A stretch of DNA of 64,000 bases. Origin: Deinococcus sp. (GTDB lineage Bacteria; Deinococcota; Deinococci; Deinococcales; Deinococcaceae). The notes under the pieces were generated by a model. It had not been told where the DNA came from and made no database searches. It saw only the letters and a list, made by a program, of their open reading frames with translations. How positions within the stretch are numbered: position 1 is the first letter of the stretch; the number at the start of each line of letters is the position of its first letter. Below are positions 45,417 through 57,966 of this stretch, piece after piece. Location: contig OZ253375.1 of NCBI GenBank assembly GCA_965261005.1, positions 992,001 to 1,056,000 of the forward strand, written 5' to 3'. A program made the position numbers and the translations under genes.

Positions 45417-46893
45417 GTATTTGATTAGCGAGGTGGTAGGGAGAGAGAGTGTCTTGTAGGGTAAGCGGGATGAGCGGCGAGGCGACCCCCAGCGTGACCG
45501 AACTCCTGGAGTTGGTGCGTACCCTCACCGCTCGCATCGAACGCCTCGAAGCCGAAAATAGACAACTGCACGAAGAAAACGCTCGGCTCAGGAAGCGGAT
45601 CGAAGAGTTGGAGCGTCGCCAGAAGAAGCATGTCGCCCCCTTCAGCCGAGGCACCCCCAAGGCGAACCCTCAGCCGAGTGGACGCCGCGCGGGGCAGGGC
45701 GCGTTCACCTTCCGCGCGCCACCTGAGAACGAGGACATCACCCGTGTCGTGGATGTTCTCCTGCCCGCTCAGTGTCGGTGCGGTGGGGCGCTCGACGCGA
45801 GCCACACCGACCTCGCCACTGTCACGGACCTCCCGGAGCGCCGTCCCCAAGTGACGGCCTACCACCTCGCCGTGGGGCAGTGTCGGCACTGTGGTCGCCG
45901 CGTGCGAGCGACGCACCCGGACGTGCGTGAGGATCAACGAGGGGCCACCGCCCACCGTCTGGGTCCGGAGGTGCTGAGCCTTGCTCACGCGCTGCACTAT
46001 GATCTCGGTGTACCGGTTCGGAAAGTTCCTGAGGTGCTGCGCCTCACCAGCGGGCTGAGGGTGACGCAGGGGGCGCTGACGCAAGACGCGTTGCGACAAA
46101 GCCAAGAGGGCAGCGCGCTGTCAGGCGAGTACCGGCAGTTGCGCGATGACGTGCAACGGCAGCCCTTGGTCCATCAGGACGACACGGGCTGGCGGGTGCA
46201 CGGGGAACAAGCCTGGCTCCAGGTGTTCCGCACACCGGTCTCGGTGGTGTACCAAATTCGCGCGCGGCACACCCACGCCGAGGTGCAGGAGGTGGTGCCG
46301 CAGAACTACGCGGGCGTGTTGTGCGTGGACCGCTTTAGCAGCTACGACCACGCCAGCTTCAAAGACGTAGCACAGCAGAAGTGCATTCACCATGTCATCC
46401 GCTCGTGTGAAGCGGCGCTAGAGGACCAGCACGGCAAGCGAGGACGGGGACGGGACTTTGCGCGGAGCTTGCTCGAAGACTTCCGGGCGGCTTTGATGTT
46501 GCACGCGCGCTTCCAACAGGGAGACTGCACGCTCGACAAGTACCGTCAGCGTGGAGAGGCGCTGCGTTTGAAGATCGAGAAGCGCCTGTTCGCCTCGTGT
46601 CGTTCACGAGAAAACAAACGGCTGGTGCGCGGCATCCGCAAGCATCACCAGCGGGAGAATCTGCTGCGCTTTCTGATGGACCCGAACGTACCGCCGACCA
46701 ACAACGCGGCGGAGCGGGCACTTCGACCGGCGGTGATCGCGCGCAAGGTGTCGCAGTGCAGCAAGTCCTTCGGGGGCAGCGAGGCGTTCGCCATCTTCAA
46801 GTCCATTACGCAAACGGCCCGCCTCGCTGGACTCGATCCCTTCCAAACCCTGCTTGACCACCGACAGCAACAAAACACCCGCTAATCACATAC
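45417..46893 (+). mobile_element. IS66-family (single-ORF, ISBst12-like) element with 8-bp target duplication
   Basis: TIRs GTATTTGATTAGCG / CGCTAATCACATAC; AAGCTTTT at 45409-45416 and 46894-46901. Confidence 0.92.
45470..46885 (+). CDS. IS66-family transposase
   Basis: Coiled coil, CRCG/CRHC zinc finger, HQDDTGWRV, VDRFSSY, PPTNNAAERALR. Confidence 0.92.
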   Translation: MSGEATPSVTELLELVRTLTARIERLEAENRQLHEENARLRKRIEELERRQKKHVAPFSRGTPKANPQPSGRRAGQGAFTFRAPPENEDITRVVDVLLPAQCRCGGALDASHTDLATVTDLPERRPQVTAYHLAVGQCRHCGRRVRATHPDVREDQRGATAHRLGPEVLSLAHALHYDLGVPVRKVPEVLRLTSGLRVTQGALTQDALRQSQEGSALSGEYRQLRDDVQRQPLVHQDDTGWRVHGEQAWLQVFRTPVSVVYQIRARHTHAEVQEVVPQNYAGVLCVDRFSSYDHASFKDVAQQKCIHHVIRSCEAALEDQHGKRGRGRDFARSLLEDFRAALMLHARFQQGDCTLDKYRQRGEALRLKIEKRLFASCRSRENKRLVRGIRKHHQRENLLRFLMDPNVPPTNNAAERALRPAVIARKVSQCSKSFGGSEAFAIFKSITQTARLAGLDPFQTLLDHRQQQNTR

Positions 46894-46917
46894 AAGCTTT
46901 TGTGCTACAACGCCGGT

Positions 46918-47349
46918 GTGTTCACCCCTGAACCCATCCCAGCCGCCCCCCGCGTCGGCGTCGGCGTGTTGATTCGCAATGAGGCCGGCGAGGTTCTGCT
47001 GACCCTGCGCAAGCGCCCCCCGGAAGCTGGCTGCTGGAGCATCGCGGGCGGCAAGGTCGAATTCATGGAAACGCTGGAAGAGACGGCGGTGCGCGAGGCA
47101 TTCGAGGAGACCGGCCTGCACGTCGAACTCGCGGGCCTGCTGTGCGTTACCGACCATCTGGTGCCCGAGGAGGGACAGCACTGGGTCGCCCCCGCCTACC
47201 TGGCTCGCGTCGTCGGGGGACAGCTGTCCAACCCCGAGCCGGACAAAACAGAGGCGGTGCGCTTCTTCCCGCTGGACGCCTTGCCCGAGAACCTCACGCT
47301 CACGGCCCAGAACGCCCTGGCCGCCCTGGGACGAGCAGGCGGGGCGTGA
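46918..47349 (+). CDS. NUDIX hydrolase
   Basis: GGKVEFMETLEETAVREAFEETG Nudix box; PRVGVG, EPDK. Confidence 0.9.
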   Translation: MFTPEPIPAAPRVGVGVLIRNEAGEVLLTLRKRPPEAGCWSIAGGKVEFMETLEETAVREAFEETGLHVELAGLLCVTDHLVPEEGQHWVAPAYLARVVGGQLSNPEPDKTEAVRFFPLDALPENLTLTAQNALAALGRAGGA

Positions 47350-47736
47350 AGCGCGTCGGGGTCTTTCTGGGCGGCAGCGGCGCCGCGAAGGACGTGTACG
47401 TCAAGGCCGCCCGTGACCTCGGCCATGACCTCGCCGAGCAAAGTTTGACGTTGGTGTACGGCGGGGGCCGCATCGGGCTGATGGGCGTCATCGCCGACGC
47501 AGTCCTCGCTGTTCGAGATGGTGACGTGGACGCAGATCGGCGTGCAGGCCAAGCCCTGCGGCGTGCTGAACGTGGCCGGCTACTACGACCCGCTGCTCGC
47601 TTGGTTGAATCACGCCATCCAGGAAGGGCTAATCCGGGAAGGGCACCGCGATTTGCTGCTGGCCGGGGAAAACGCGAAAACGTTGCTGGAACAATTGGCG
47701 GTCTTGACGCTTTCCGAGATGCCCCAACTCGCTTGA
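47346..47736 (+). pseudogene. LOG/TIGR00730-family pseudogene (internal deletion plus frameshift)
   Basis: LVYGGGRIGLMGVIADAVL jumps out of frame to LFEMVTWTQIG..KPCGVLNVAGYYDPL; PGGxGTxEE core missing. Confidence 0.85.
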
Positions 47737-47770
47737 GCCGTCCCGGCCCCAATGCTCTAGACTCGGGCGC

Positions 47771-48907
47771 GTGAGCGAGGCCCACCACTCCACCCAGCAC
47801 CATTTCTCCGGCGGCGACAAAATTGTGCTGGCCGCCGGCGGCAGCGGGGGGCACATTTTCCCGGCGGTCGCCACGGCGCGCGAGCTGGAAAAGCTCGGCT
47901 TTTCCGCGGTGCTGCTGGGCCAGCGCGGCGGCATGGAGGAGCGCTTGGCGGGCGAGGCAGGGCTGACCTTCGTGGGCGTGTCGGCGGGCAAGCTGGCGCG
48001 GGGCCGGCCCGATCCGCGCGAATTGTGGCGGGCCGCGAGCGGCTTTCGCGAGGCGCGGCGCTACCTGGCACAGGCCAGGCCCGCCGCCGTGATCGGCTAC
48101 GGCGGCTTCGCCAGCTTGCCGGGGGTGCTGGGCGCGCAGAGCCTCGGCATCCCGACCGCGCTACACGAGCAGAACGCCCGCCTGGGCCTGACGCAACGCC
48201 TGGCCCTGAACCGCGCCGGCCTGGTGGCGACCGCCTACCCGGAGGTGCGCGGGCTGCCGGGGGGGCGCGGCGTGCTGGTCGGCATGCCGGTGCGCGAGGA
48301 GGACTTGCCACGCGCGGAGGCGCTGGCGGAATTGGGCTTGCGAGACGGCCCCCTGACCCTCTACGTCACGGGCGGCTCGCAGGGCAGCGCCGCCCTGAAC
48401 GGCGCCGTGCCGGGGGTGCTGCGGCAGGTCTTCGGCGTGGAGGGGCGCTACGGCGAGCGAAGCGTGCAGGTGCTGCACTCGGCCGGCCTCAAGTGGGCGC
48501 GCGAGGTGAGCGCGCGGGTGCGCGACCTGCCTTGGTACCGGGTGAGCGGCTTCGTGAACGCCGTCGCGGCCTGGTCGGTGGCCGACCTCGCGATTACCCG
48601 TGCGGGCACCGGCACCCTGGCGGAGGCGGCCTACCACGGCGTTCCCCTGATCATGGTGCCGCTGCCGAGCAGCGCCGAGAACCACCAGCTCCACAATGCC
48701 CGCGCGGTGGAACAGGTGGGCGCCGGGCGGGTGGTGACGGAAAGCGCGCTGGGGCAGGACTTGGCGCGCGCGGTGCTAGAGTGTTTGGCAAGCGAGGAGC
48801 GCGCCGCCATGCGAGAAAAAGCGCTCACGCGCTCGCCGGCCGGCGCAGCGGCCAAGCTCGCCGGGGCCATTGAAGCGCTGCTGGGCGAACGGAACCAGAA
48901 CCTATGA
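47771..48907 (+). CDS. murG: Undecaprenyl-PP-MurNAc-pentapeptide GlcNAc transferase
   Basis: GGSGGHIFP, HEQN, GGSQGS, ITRAG, HQLHNA; own -10 box TAGACT 7 nt upstream. Confidence 0.95.
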   Translation: MSEAHHSTQHHFSGGDKIVLAAGGSGGHIFPAVATARELEKLGFSAVLLGQRGGMEERLAGEAGLTFVGVSAGKLARGRPDPRELWRAASGFREARRYLAQARPAAVIGYGGFASLPGVLGAQSLGIPTALHEQNARLGLTQRLALNRAGLVATAYPEVRGLPGGRGVLVGMPVREEDLPRAEALAELGLRDGPLTLYVTGGSQGSAALNGAVPGVLRQVFGVEGRYGERSVQVLHSAGLKWAREVSARVRDLPWYRVSGFVNAVAAWSVADLAITRAGTGTLAEAAYHGVPLIMVPLPSSAENHQLHNARAVEQVGAGRVVTESALGQDLARAVLECLASEERAAMREKALTRSPAGAAAKLAGAIEALLGERNQNL

Positions 48908-50319
48908 CCGACCCTTCCCCAGACCTGCCCCACGTCCACCTGATGGGCATTGGCGGCATCGGCATCAGCGCCTTGGCGCGGCTGCTGCGCGCGCGCGGCT
49001 ACCAAGTGTCGGGCTGCGACGCCCAGACCTCGGACCTGACGGCGGCGCTGGAGGCCGAGGGCATTCGGGTGTGGCGGGGGCACGACCCGGTTCACTTGGC
49101 GGGGGCGGGCGTGCTGGTCGCCTCGAACGCGGTAGCTGAGGACGAGCCGGAGTTGGCGGCCGCGCGGGCAGCCGGGCTGCCGGTGTGGCGGCGCATGCGG
49201 GTGTTGGACGATTTGATGCGGGGCGGTCCCTCTGTCGGCGTGACCGGTACGCACGGCAAGACCAGCACCACCAGCATGATCGCGGTGGTCCTCGCCGGCG
49301 CGGGCCTGGACCCTTCCGCCTTTGTGGGCGGCTTGGTGCCCGAGTTCGGCGGCAACGCCCGTTTGGGAAAGGGGCCATTCGTCGCCGAGGTGGACGAGTC
49401 AGACCCCGACTTCGAGTTTCTGGAGTGTGACACGGCCGTCTTCACCAACGCCGAGGACGACCACGTCGGCGCGGGCGAGGCGCGCGCCACCTATTGGGCC
49501 AGCGTGGAGCAGCAGCACGCCGCCTTCGCACGCTTCGCGCAGCGGGCGGGACGGGTCCTGTACTGTGCCGACTGGCCGGGCCTGCGGGAACTGGTGGCCG
49601 GCGCGGGAGAGCGGCTGAGCTACGGCTTATCGGACGGCAGCCACTACCAAGCGCGCTTCGTCAAACAGCGGCCTGCGGGCACCAACTTCTCGGTCTTTCG
49701 GCGCGGCCAGGAATTGGGGCGCCTGCACCTCGCGCTGCCGGGCCGGCACAACGTCCTCAACGCTCTGGCGGCGCTGGCGGTGGCCGACTTGTACGGCGCG
49801 GACTTTGGGCGGGCGGCGGCGGCGCTCGCGGCCTTTCGCGGGGTGGGGCGGAGATGGCAACTCATCGGCACGCTGAGAGGCGCCCAGATCGTGGACGACT
49901 ACGCCCACAACCCTGCCAAGGTGGCCGCCGCCCTGGAGGGGGCGCGCCAAAGCGGGCGGCGGGTGCGCGCGGTCTTTCAGCCGCACCGCTACCTGCGCAC
50001 CCAGCAGGTGTGGCCGCGCCTCGCGCAGAGTCTGATGGGCGCGGACGAGGTGCTGCTGCTCGACATCGCCGCCGCCGGCGAGACGCCGATTCCCGGCATT
50101 CACAGCCAACTGATCGAGGACAAGCTGCGCGCGGACGGGCATCAGAACGTCCGCTACTACCCCGAGCGCCAAGACTTGCTGGCCTACCTGCGCGAGACGG
50201 CGGGGGAGAGCGACCTGATCGTGTGCATGGGCGCCGGGGACGTGTGGCGCTTGGCGCGCGACCTGGTTGCCGAAGAAGAGGTTGCTGAAGAAGGGGTTGC
50301 CGAAGGGGAGCCGGCTTGA
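48904..50319 (+). CDS. murC: UDP-MurNAc:L-alanine ligase
   Basis: GIGGIGISALA, GTHGKTSTT, EVDESD, DDYAHNP, FQPHRY. Confidence 0.95.
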   Translation: MTDPSPDLPHVHLMGIGGIGISALARLLRARGYQVSGCDAQTSDLTAALEAEGIRVWRGHDPVHLAGAGVLVASNAVAEDEPELAAARAAGLPVWRRMRVLDDLMRGGPSVGVTGTHGKTSTTSMIAVVLAGAGLDPSAFVGGLVPEFGGNARLGKGPFVAEVDESDPDFEFLECDTAVFTNAEDDHVGAGEARATYWASVEQQHAAFARFAQRAGRVLYCADWPGLRELVAGAGERLSYGLSDGSHYQARFVKQRPAGTNFSVFRRGQELGRLHLALPGRHNVLNALAALAVADLYGADFGRAAAALAAFRGVGRRWQLIGTLRGAQIVDDYAHNPAKVAAALEGARQSGRRVRAVFQPHRYLRTQQVWPRLAQSLMGADEVLLLDIAAAGETPIPGIHSQLIEDKLRADGHQNVRYYPERQDLLAYLRETAGESDLIVCMGAGDVWRLARDLVAEEEVAEEGVAEGEPA

Positions 50320-51179
50320 CCGCCAGCGCGCAGGCCCTGAAAGTGCAGCGCCTGCCCCTTTCGCGTCTGACCACCCTGGGTGTGGGCGGCGAGGCCGAGG
50401 TGTGGACCGTTCACGACCACGCCCAGTTGGCGCAGGCGATGGCCGCCCCGTACCGCATTCTGGGCGGCGGCTCGAACCTGGTGGTCGCCGACGAGGGCGT
50501 GCCCGAGCGGGTGATTCGCCTGGCCGGGGAGTTCGCGGAAGCGGACCTCGCACGCGACGCTGGCTTGAGCGGCCCCGATACCCATGTCACCGGCTGGGTC
50601 GGCGGGGGCGTGCCGCTGCCGGGCTTGGTGCGGCGACTCGGCCGGCTGGGCTTGTCCGGTTTGGAGGGCACCGTCGGCATTCCCGCGCAGGTGGGCGGCG
50701 CCGCTTGGATGAACGCTGGCACCCGCTTCGGCGAGGTGTTCGGCGGCCTGCACGCGCTGGAGATCGCCTCGCCGGAGGGCATCAGGCAGGTCAGCCCGGA
50801 CGAGCTGGCTTGGGGCTACCGGCAAAGTGGCATTCCCAGGAACCACATCGTCACGCGCGTCAAGCTGCACCTGACCCCCAGCGCCCCGGACGAGGTGAAC
50901 GCGCGCATGGCCCTCGCCGACGGCGCCCGCCAGGGGCAGCCCAAGGCGCGCACGCCGGGCTGCGCCTTTAAGAACCCCGGCGGCGTCAGCGCGGGCCTCC
51001 TGATTGACCGCGCCGGCCTCAAGGGGACGCGCGTCGGGAACGCCATGATCGCCCCCGAGCACGCCAACTTCATCGTGAACCTCGGCGGGGCCAGCGCGGG
51101 GGACGTGCACACCCTGCTGGGCCTTGCGCGCGAACGCACCGGCTTGGACCTGGAACTGGAATACGAACTGTGGCCGTGA
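50316..51179 (+). CDS. murB: UDP-N-acetylmuramate dehydrogenase
   Basis: LGGGSNL, GIPAQVGGA..MNAG, GCAFKNP, HANFIVN. Confidence 0.95.
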   Translation: MTASAQALKVQRLPLSRLTTLGVGGEAEVWTVHDHAQLAQAMAAPYRILGGGSNLVVADEGVPERVIRLAGEFAEADLARDAGLSGPDTHVTGWVGGGVPLPGLVRRLGRLGLSGLEGTVGIPAQVGGAAWMNAGTRFGEVFGGLHALEIASPEGIRQVSPDELAWGYRQSGIPRNHIVTRVKLHLTPSAPDEVNARMALADGARQGQPKARTPGCAFKNPGGVSAGLLIDRAGLKGTRVGNAMIAPEHANFIVNLGGASAGDVHTLLGLARERTGLDLELEYELWP

Positions 51180-51786
51180 AACGGATGGCCCGGCGGCGTT
51201 GGCTGTGGCCGCTGCTGCTGGTCCTGCTGGCCGGCCTGTTCGCCGCCTTATGGTACGGCCTGCCGGTGCGGCGCGTCGAGGTGAGCGGCAACCAATTTGT
51301 GTCTGACCGGCGGGTGGCCGAGTTGGCCGGCTTGCACCGGGGGTTTGGCTGGCCCTTCTACGGGGCGTGGCGCGCGCGCGCGCTGGGCGAGCATCCCTGG
51401 GTTCGCACGGCGACCATCACCAAGGTCTTTCCGGACACCGTGCGCGTGCGCGTCACCGAGCGCGTGCCCGGCGCCCGCGTGCGGCGCGGCGATCATTTGG
51501 TCGTGATCGCCCTCGACGGCACCGTGCTGCCCGGCGCGCGGCCCACCGGCCCGCTGCTGTCGGGCTGGGGGCCGGACCGGCTGGGCGAGGCCATAGAGGC
51601 CGCCCGAATGCTGGCGCGCTACACTGTCAGCTCCGTCACGTACACGCCCAGCGGCCTGACGGTCAAAACCGCGAGCGGAACGCTGTGGAGCGGCTCTTTC
51701 GCTTCCTTGCAGAAGTACGCGGCCGGTGTCACAATGAACCCCGGAAAACGCGTGAATATCTACCCTTGGGGGGTGAGCGTCCAGCA

Positions 51787-51790
<4 letters not shown>
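51170..51790 (+). CDS. ftsQ: Cell division protein FtsQ/DivIB-like
   Basis: TM segment, POTRA (VEVSGN...PWV..A.I.K.FP.TV.V.V.ER); lies between murB and ftsA. Confidence 0.85.
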
Positions 51791-53121
<1,331 letters not shown>

Positions 53122-53219
53122 GAACGGGGTGTAGAAGGTTCAACGGCTGCGGCGGTTCCTGCGTTACACTTGGCGGGGCGGGCGCCGAACACTCAGGGCG
53201 CGCTTTATAAGGAGTCAGC

Positions 53220-54275
<1,056 letters not shown>

Positions 54276-54276
54276 C

Positions 54277-54774
54277 TTGAGCGACACGGAGACCATCTAT
54301 CAGGGCCACATCGTCTCGCTCGAAGTGCAAGAGGGCAAGTGGGAAGTCGTGCGGCACGCGCCGGCGGTGGTCGTCTTGGCGCTCCGGGACGGCAAAATGC
54401 TGTGCGTGCGCCAATTTCGGCGGGCCATTGGGGCGGGGACTTTGGAAGCCCCGGCCGGTTTGATTGACCCCGGCGAAACCCCTGAAGCGGCGGCGGCGCG
54501 CGAACTCTCCGAGGAAGCGAACCTCGGCGGCGACCTCACCTTGCTGACGCGCTTCTACTCGTCGCCGGGCTTTTGCGACGAGCTGCTGCACGTCTTCCGC
54601 GCTGACAACCTGCGCGAGGCCCCCGGCACGCCCGACGACGACGAGGATTTGACCGTCGAGTGGCACGACCCGGCCGAAGTTTTGGCTTGGTTGCGCGCGG
54701 GGCAGGAACTCGGCTCGGCCTCGACCATCACGGCCGCGCTGTTCGCGCTGCGTGAGCTTGAGAGGCGCGAGTAA
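54277..54774 (+). CDS. NUDIX hydrolase (ADP-ribose pyrophosphatase-like)
   Basis: VRQFR, EAPAGLIDPGETPEAAAARELSEE, FYSSPGFCDE. Confidence 0.88.
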   Translation: MSDTETIYQGHIVSLEVQEGKWEVVRHAPAVVVLALRDGKMLCVRQFRRAIGAGTLEAPAGLIDPGETPEAAAARELSEEANLGGDLTLLTRFYSSPGFCDELLHVFRADNLREAPGTPDDDEDLTVEWHDPAEVLAWLRAGQELGSASTITAALFALRELERRE

Positions 54775-54781
54775 CAACCTC

Positions 54782-55699
54782 GTGAAGACCTACCAAAGCC
54801 CCGCCGCACGGCCCGACACCGACACCGTGGTCGCCATCGGCTCCTTTGACGGCGTTCACCTGGGCCACCGGGCGCTGCTCTCCCGCCTGCGTGAGCGCGC
54901 CCGCGCCCTACGGGTGCCCAGCGTGGTCTACACCTTCGACCCGCCCACCCGCGTGCTGACCCAAAACGCCCCCTACCTGTCCACCCTGCCCGAGAAGCTC
55001 GCCTTGCTGGAGGGGACCGGGGTGGATGAGGTGATCGCGGTTTCCTTTACCCGCGACTTCGCGGCGCGCGGCAAGGCGGAGTTTCTCTCGGACATCGCGG
55101 TGCTCCGGCCGCGCGCCATCGTGGTGGGCGAGGACTTCGGCTTCGGCAAGGGGCGCGCGGGCAAGCTCGACGATCTGCGCGAGGTCACGCCCGAGCTGAT
55201 CGCGCTGCCGATGTTGCAGCTGACGGGGCGCGACATCAAGTCCACCCGCATTCGCGAGCTGCTGTCTTCAGGCGACGTGGAGGGCGCGGCCGAGCTGCTG
55301 GGACGTTCCTACAGCGCCGTGGGCGTGGTGGTGGCCGGCGACCAATTGGGGCGCACCATCGGCTTTCCGACCGCCAACGTGAAGGTGCCGGGGGGGAAGC
55401 TGCTGCCAAGCGGCGTCTTCGCGGTCTCGCTGCTGCTGGGGGACACGGCGGCCTTTGGCATGGCCAACGTGGGGCGGCGGCCCACCGTCAGCGGGGAGGA
55501 CACCCGCTTGGAAGTCCACGTCTTCGACTTTGGGGGCGATCTGTACGGCCGCGAGGTGCAGGTCACCTTTGAAGCTTTTCTGCGCGGCGAGCAGAAGTTC
55601 GCCGGCCTGGACGACCTGAAACGACAGCTCGCCGCAGATGGGGAGCGGGCGCGCCGCATGCTTTCCCGAAACTTTACGCTCGGAGGACCGAATTTATGA
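54782..55699 (+). CDS. ribF: Riboflavin kinase/FAD synthetase
   Basis: IGSFDGVHLGH, STRIR, GRTIGFPTAN, LEVH, FLRGEQKF. Confidence 0.95.
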   Translation: MKTYQSPAARPDTDTVVAIGSFDGVHLGHRALLSRLRERARALRVPSVVYTFDPPTRVLTQNAPYLSTLPEKLALLEGTGVDEVIAVSFTRDFAARGKAEFLSDIAVLRPRAIVVGEDFGFGKGRAGKLDDLREVTPELIALPMLQLTGRDIKSTRIRELLSSGDVEGAAELLGRSYSAVGVVVAGDQLGRTIGFPTANVKVPGGKLLPSGVFAVSLLLGDTAAFGMANVGRRPTVSGEDTRLEVHVFDFGGDLYGREVQVTFEAFLRGEQKFAGLDDLKRQLAADGERARRMLSRNFTLGGPNL

Positions 55700-56097
55700 C
55701 CCCCCCCTCTTCACGATCACGCCGCGGCAACGCCGGCAAGTTCTGGCTGTGGCTCGCCATCGCGCTGCTGATCGCCCTCGGCGCCTACGGCTCGTACGCG
55801 GCCTTTGCCGCCAATCCCTACGTTTCGGACGTGCGGGGCAACGGTGTCAGCAAGTGGCTATTTTTAAACGACTGCAAGCAGGAATTGCGGGCCAAGCTGC
55901 CCGCGAACGCCACCCTTCAGTTTCCGCCGCCCGTGCAGCGCGCCGAGAGCGTGCAGGCCAAGGCCGGGGGCGGCTGGACCTGGACCTCGCTGACGCTGGT
56001 GAAGAGCGGCGCCGACACGGCCGCCGCCCAATTCCGCTGCGAGCACGACAAGGCCAGCGGCAAGACCGAGATCACCGGCTTACAACCGGCCCAGTAA
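55696..56097 (+). CDS. Hypothetical membrane-anchored protein
   Basis: N-terminal TM helix, two Cys, ATGA overlap with ribF. Confidence 0.65.
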   Translation: MTPPSSRSRRGNAGKFWLWLAIALLIALGAYGSYAAFAANPYVSDVRGNGVSKWLFLNDCKQELRAKLPANATLQFPPPVQRAESVQAKAGGGWTWTSLTLVKSGADTAAAQFRCEHDKASGKTEITGLQPAQ

Positions 56098-56100
56098 TTG

Positions 56101-57144
56101 CTACCTTTTAAAGCTCTTCGCCATCTCCAGCGCCCCGGCCACGTCGAGCAAGCCCGCCCCACAGCTTTTGGGCGCCACGCAGCTGGGCAACGGTGAGGCG
56201 CTCTCCTGCAACATGCGGCCGACCTCGGCGGGCGTGAGCGCCGGGTTGACGCCCAGCATCAAGCTGACGGCCGCGCTGACCAGGGGCGCGGCCAAGCTGG
56301 TGCCGGTGCGCCCGGAGGTGCCGGCCGGCGTGGTCACCTCCACCTCGTTCCCGACCGTCCCCCCCGGCGCGGCCAACGTCACGCTGCCGCCCCAGTTGGC
56401 GTAATTGGCGCGGCGGCCGACCTTATCGGTCGCGGTGACGGTGATGACGCCCTGGCAGCCCGCCGGCGTGTAGAGGGCGGCGTCCGCGTCGGCGTTGCCG
56501 GCCCCGGCCACGACCACCACCTTCCGCGCGCTCACCTCATTGATGGCCGCCTGTACGGCCGGGTCGCAGCCGGTCAGCGGGATGAAGTCCACGAACAGGC
56601 TCAGGTTGATGACCCGCGCCGGAAAGGGGTTGCGCGGCGTTCCGGGCACGGAGAGGCCGGCGGCCCAGCGCACGGCGTCCGCCACGTCGCGGGCGCGAAT
56701 CTCACCGTTCACGTCGGCCACCCGCACCTGCACAACGCGGGCCAGGGGATTGAGTCCCGCCACGCCGGGGCCGTGCCAACTACCCGCGATCAAACTTGCC
56801 ACCATGCTGGCGTGGTAGGCAGTGGTGCCCGGGTCGCGGGCGTCCGCGTCGCGCCCGTCGCCGTCGCCGGCAGCTTGCGGGTCTGAAACGAAGTCGTAGC
56901 CGTTCACGGCCCGCGCGCCCAACGCGGCCAGCGGCGCGTAACCGGTGTCCACCACCGCCACCGTCACGGGGGCGCCGCGCGACACGGCCCAAGCCTGCGG
57001 CGCGCGAATGGCCGCCAAGTTCCACTGCTGCGGATACAGCGGCGTGCTGGGGGCGGGGGCCGTGACCTGCGCCCTTTCCACGATGCGAATGGCGGGAACG
57101 TTCAGGGCGAGCAAGGGCAGCAGGGCGAGCAACAGGCGGCGCAT
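56101..57144 (-). CDS. S8 (subtilisin-like) serine peptidase
   Basis: VAVVDTG, YHASMVA, AGN, TGTSLAAP catalytic Ser; signal peptide. Confidence 0.9.
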   Translation of the reverse strand: MRRLLLALLPLLALNVPAIRIVERAQVTAPAPSTPLYPQQWNLAAIRAPQAWAVSRGAPVTVAVVDTGYAPLAALGARAVNGYDFVSDPQAAGDGDGRDADARDPGTTAYHASMVASLIAGSWHGPGVAGLNPLARVVQVRVADVNGEIRARDVADAVRWAAGLSVPGTPRNPFPARVINLSLFVDFIPLTGCDPAVQAAINEVSARKVVVVAGAGNADADAALYTPAGCQGVITVTATDKVGRRANYANWGGSVTLAAPGGTVGNEVEVTTPAGTSGRTGTSLAAPLVSAAVSLMLGVNPALTPAEVGRMLQESASPLPSCVAPKSCGAGLLDVAGALEMAKSFKR

Positions 57145-57198
57145 GGAGCAGTCTTTCAGATCGGGCTGATCGGCGCGTGAAGGCGTTAGGCTGGGTCA

Positions 57199-57966
57199 AT
57201 GTCCTCTTCGAGCGCCGTACATTCAGGGCCACACGTCATCGTCACCGGGGCGTCCAGCGGCATCGGGCGCGCCGTGGCGCGCGAGCTGCACGCGCGCGGC
57301 TGCCGGGTGGTGCTGGCGGCCCGCCGAGAAGGTGAGCTGGAAGCGCTGGCGAGTCAGCTCTCCCCCGCCGGCCACGGCGTCCTGGCCGTGCCGACCGACG
57401 TGACCTCGCCGGGGGACCGGGCCGACCTGCTGGAACGGGCGGAGGCCGCCTTTGGCCCCCCGGACGTGCTGGTCAACAACGCCGGCGTGGGCGCGGAGGA
57501 CCGGCCCTTTTGGGAAAGCCGGGATTGGGAGAACGTGCTGGACGTGAACCTCTACGCCGTGATGGCGCTGACCCACGCGGCCGTGCCCGGTATACTGGCG
57601 CGGGGAAAGGGGCACGTCATCAATGTGGCCTCGGTGGCGGGGCATGTCGCCAGCCAGCCGGCCTACTCGGCCAGCAAGTTCGGCGTGCGCGGCTTTTCGC
57701 TGGCCCTGCGGCGCGAATTGCTGGGCAGCGGCGTTCACGTCAGCGCGGTCTCGCCGGGCTTTGTGCACAGCGAGATGACGGCGGCCGTGCGCTTTCCCAT
57801 GCCGGGGCCGCAGGTGGTCGCGCGGGCGGTGGTGCGGTTGCTGGAGCGCCCCCAAGCCGAAGTCGTGGTGCCGGAATGGTACCGGCCGCTGATCGCCCTA
57901 GAGCAGGTCTTTCCAGCGTTTGGCGACGCCGCCGTGCGCCTCCTTATGGGCGGGCGACGGCGGTGA
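57199..57966 (+). CDS. SDR-family oxidoreductase
   Basis: TGASSGIG, NNAG, YSASK. Confidence 0.92.
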   Translation: MSSSSAVHSGPHVIVTGASSGIGRAVARELHARGCRVVLAARREGELEALASQLSPAGHGVLAVPTDVTSPGDRADLLERAEAAFGPPDVLVNNAGVGAEDRPFWESRDWENVLDVNLYAVMALTHAAVPGILARGKGHVINVASVAGHVASQPAYSASKFGVRGFSLALRRELLGSGVHVSAVSPGFVHSEMTAAVRFPMPGPQVVARAVVRLLERPQAEVVVPEWYRPLIALEQVFPAFGDAAVRLLMGGRRR

